This document shows, piece after piece, positions 63,670 through 64,000 of a stretch of DNA of 64,000 bases. Position 1 is the first letter of the stretch; every line of letters starts with the position of its first letter. The notes beneath the pieces were generated by a model. That model saw only the letters and a list, made by a program, of their open reading frames with translations. It was not told where the DNA came from and ran no database searches. The stretch spans positions 8,308,001-8,372,000 of the forward strand of contig OZ024758.1 of NCBI GenBank assembly GCA_964016885.1, in the 5' to 3' direction. A program made the position numbers and the translations under genes. This DNA comes from Eledone cirrhosa. Taxonomy: Eukaryota.

Positions 63670-64000
63670 ACCAGCAAATTGCTCAAGTTACAGAGTTTGT
63701 ATATCTCGGTCACAAACTATCATCAAACAACAGTGGAATGGTGGCTGTGCAGTATCACATCGCTCTAGGTTGGTCAGCTTTCAACAACAAGAAGGAAGTA
63801 CTAACATCAAAACGAGTTTCTTATCATATATAAGTATCTTTGATACTTACATCCTACCAGTTGTGTTATATGGTCTTGACTGTGTTAATTGGATGACAAG
63901 GTCACTTCAGAAGCTCTCTACATTCCAGAATCACATCATGAGACTTATGACTGGCAAGCTGATCAGCGACTGTATCTGTATCAGTGAACTGCTCAACATT
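63670..64000 (+). pseudogene. RTE-like LINE RT C-terminal fragment
   Basis: IAQVTEFVYLGHKLS...IALGWSAF...YILPVVLYGLDC..W, interrupted by a stop or frameshift. Confidence 0.75.

Overview
AT-rich, microsatellite- and transposon-dense animal genomic DNA. The repeat landscape suggests an octopus or other coleoid cephalopod, but that is an inference. Almost all ORFs in the track are repeat artefacts. Real coding content: (1) the last two exons of a + strand gene (3160-3221, 3766-4326) ending in an RVxF motif and a CxxC..CxxC tail, possibly USP53/54 (echinus)-like; (2) a PAQR-family MMD/MMD2 gene on the - strand, with six clear exons at 24166->18037 and a probable first coding exon at 58243->58179 (about 34 kb intron 1, 253 aa in total); (3) two probable 3' exons of an unidentified - strand gene at about 62.3-62.8 kb. 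The rest is two tRNA-derived SINE families, piggyBac-, mariner-, Tigger- and hAT-like MITEs, decayed LINE and Gypsy fragments, and minisatellites. Most notable: a dispersed family of short (TA)n-embedded cassettes carrying type I hammerhead-ribozyme motifs (near-intact copy at 41142-41191, several degenerate copies, and two palindromes built from inverted ribozyme halves), resembling Penelope-like or retrozyme elements. Also notable: an ATF4-like uORF arrangement before the putative MMD start, long fold-back hairpins in both putative 3' UTRs, repeated satellite birth from the same SINE segment, and apparent SINE target-site preference.
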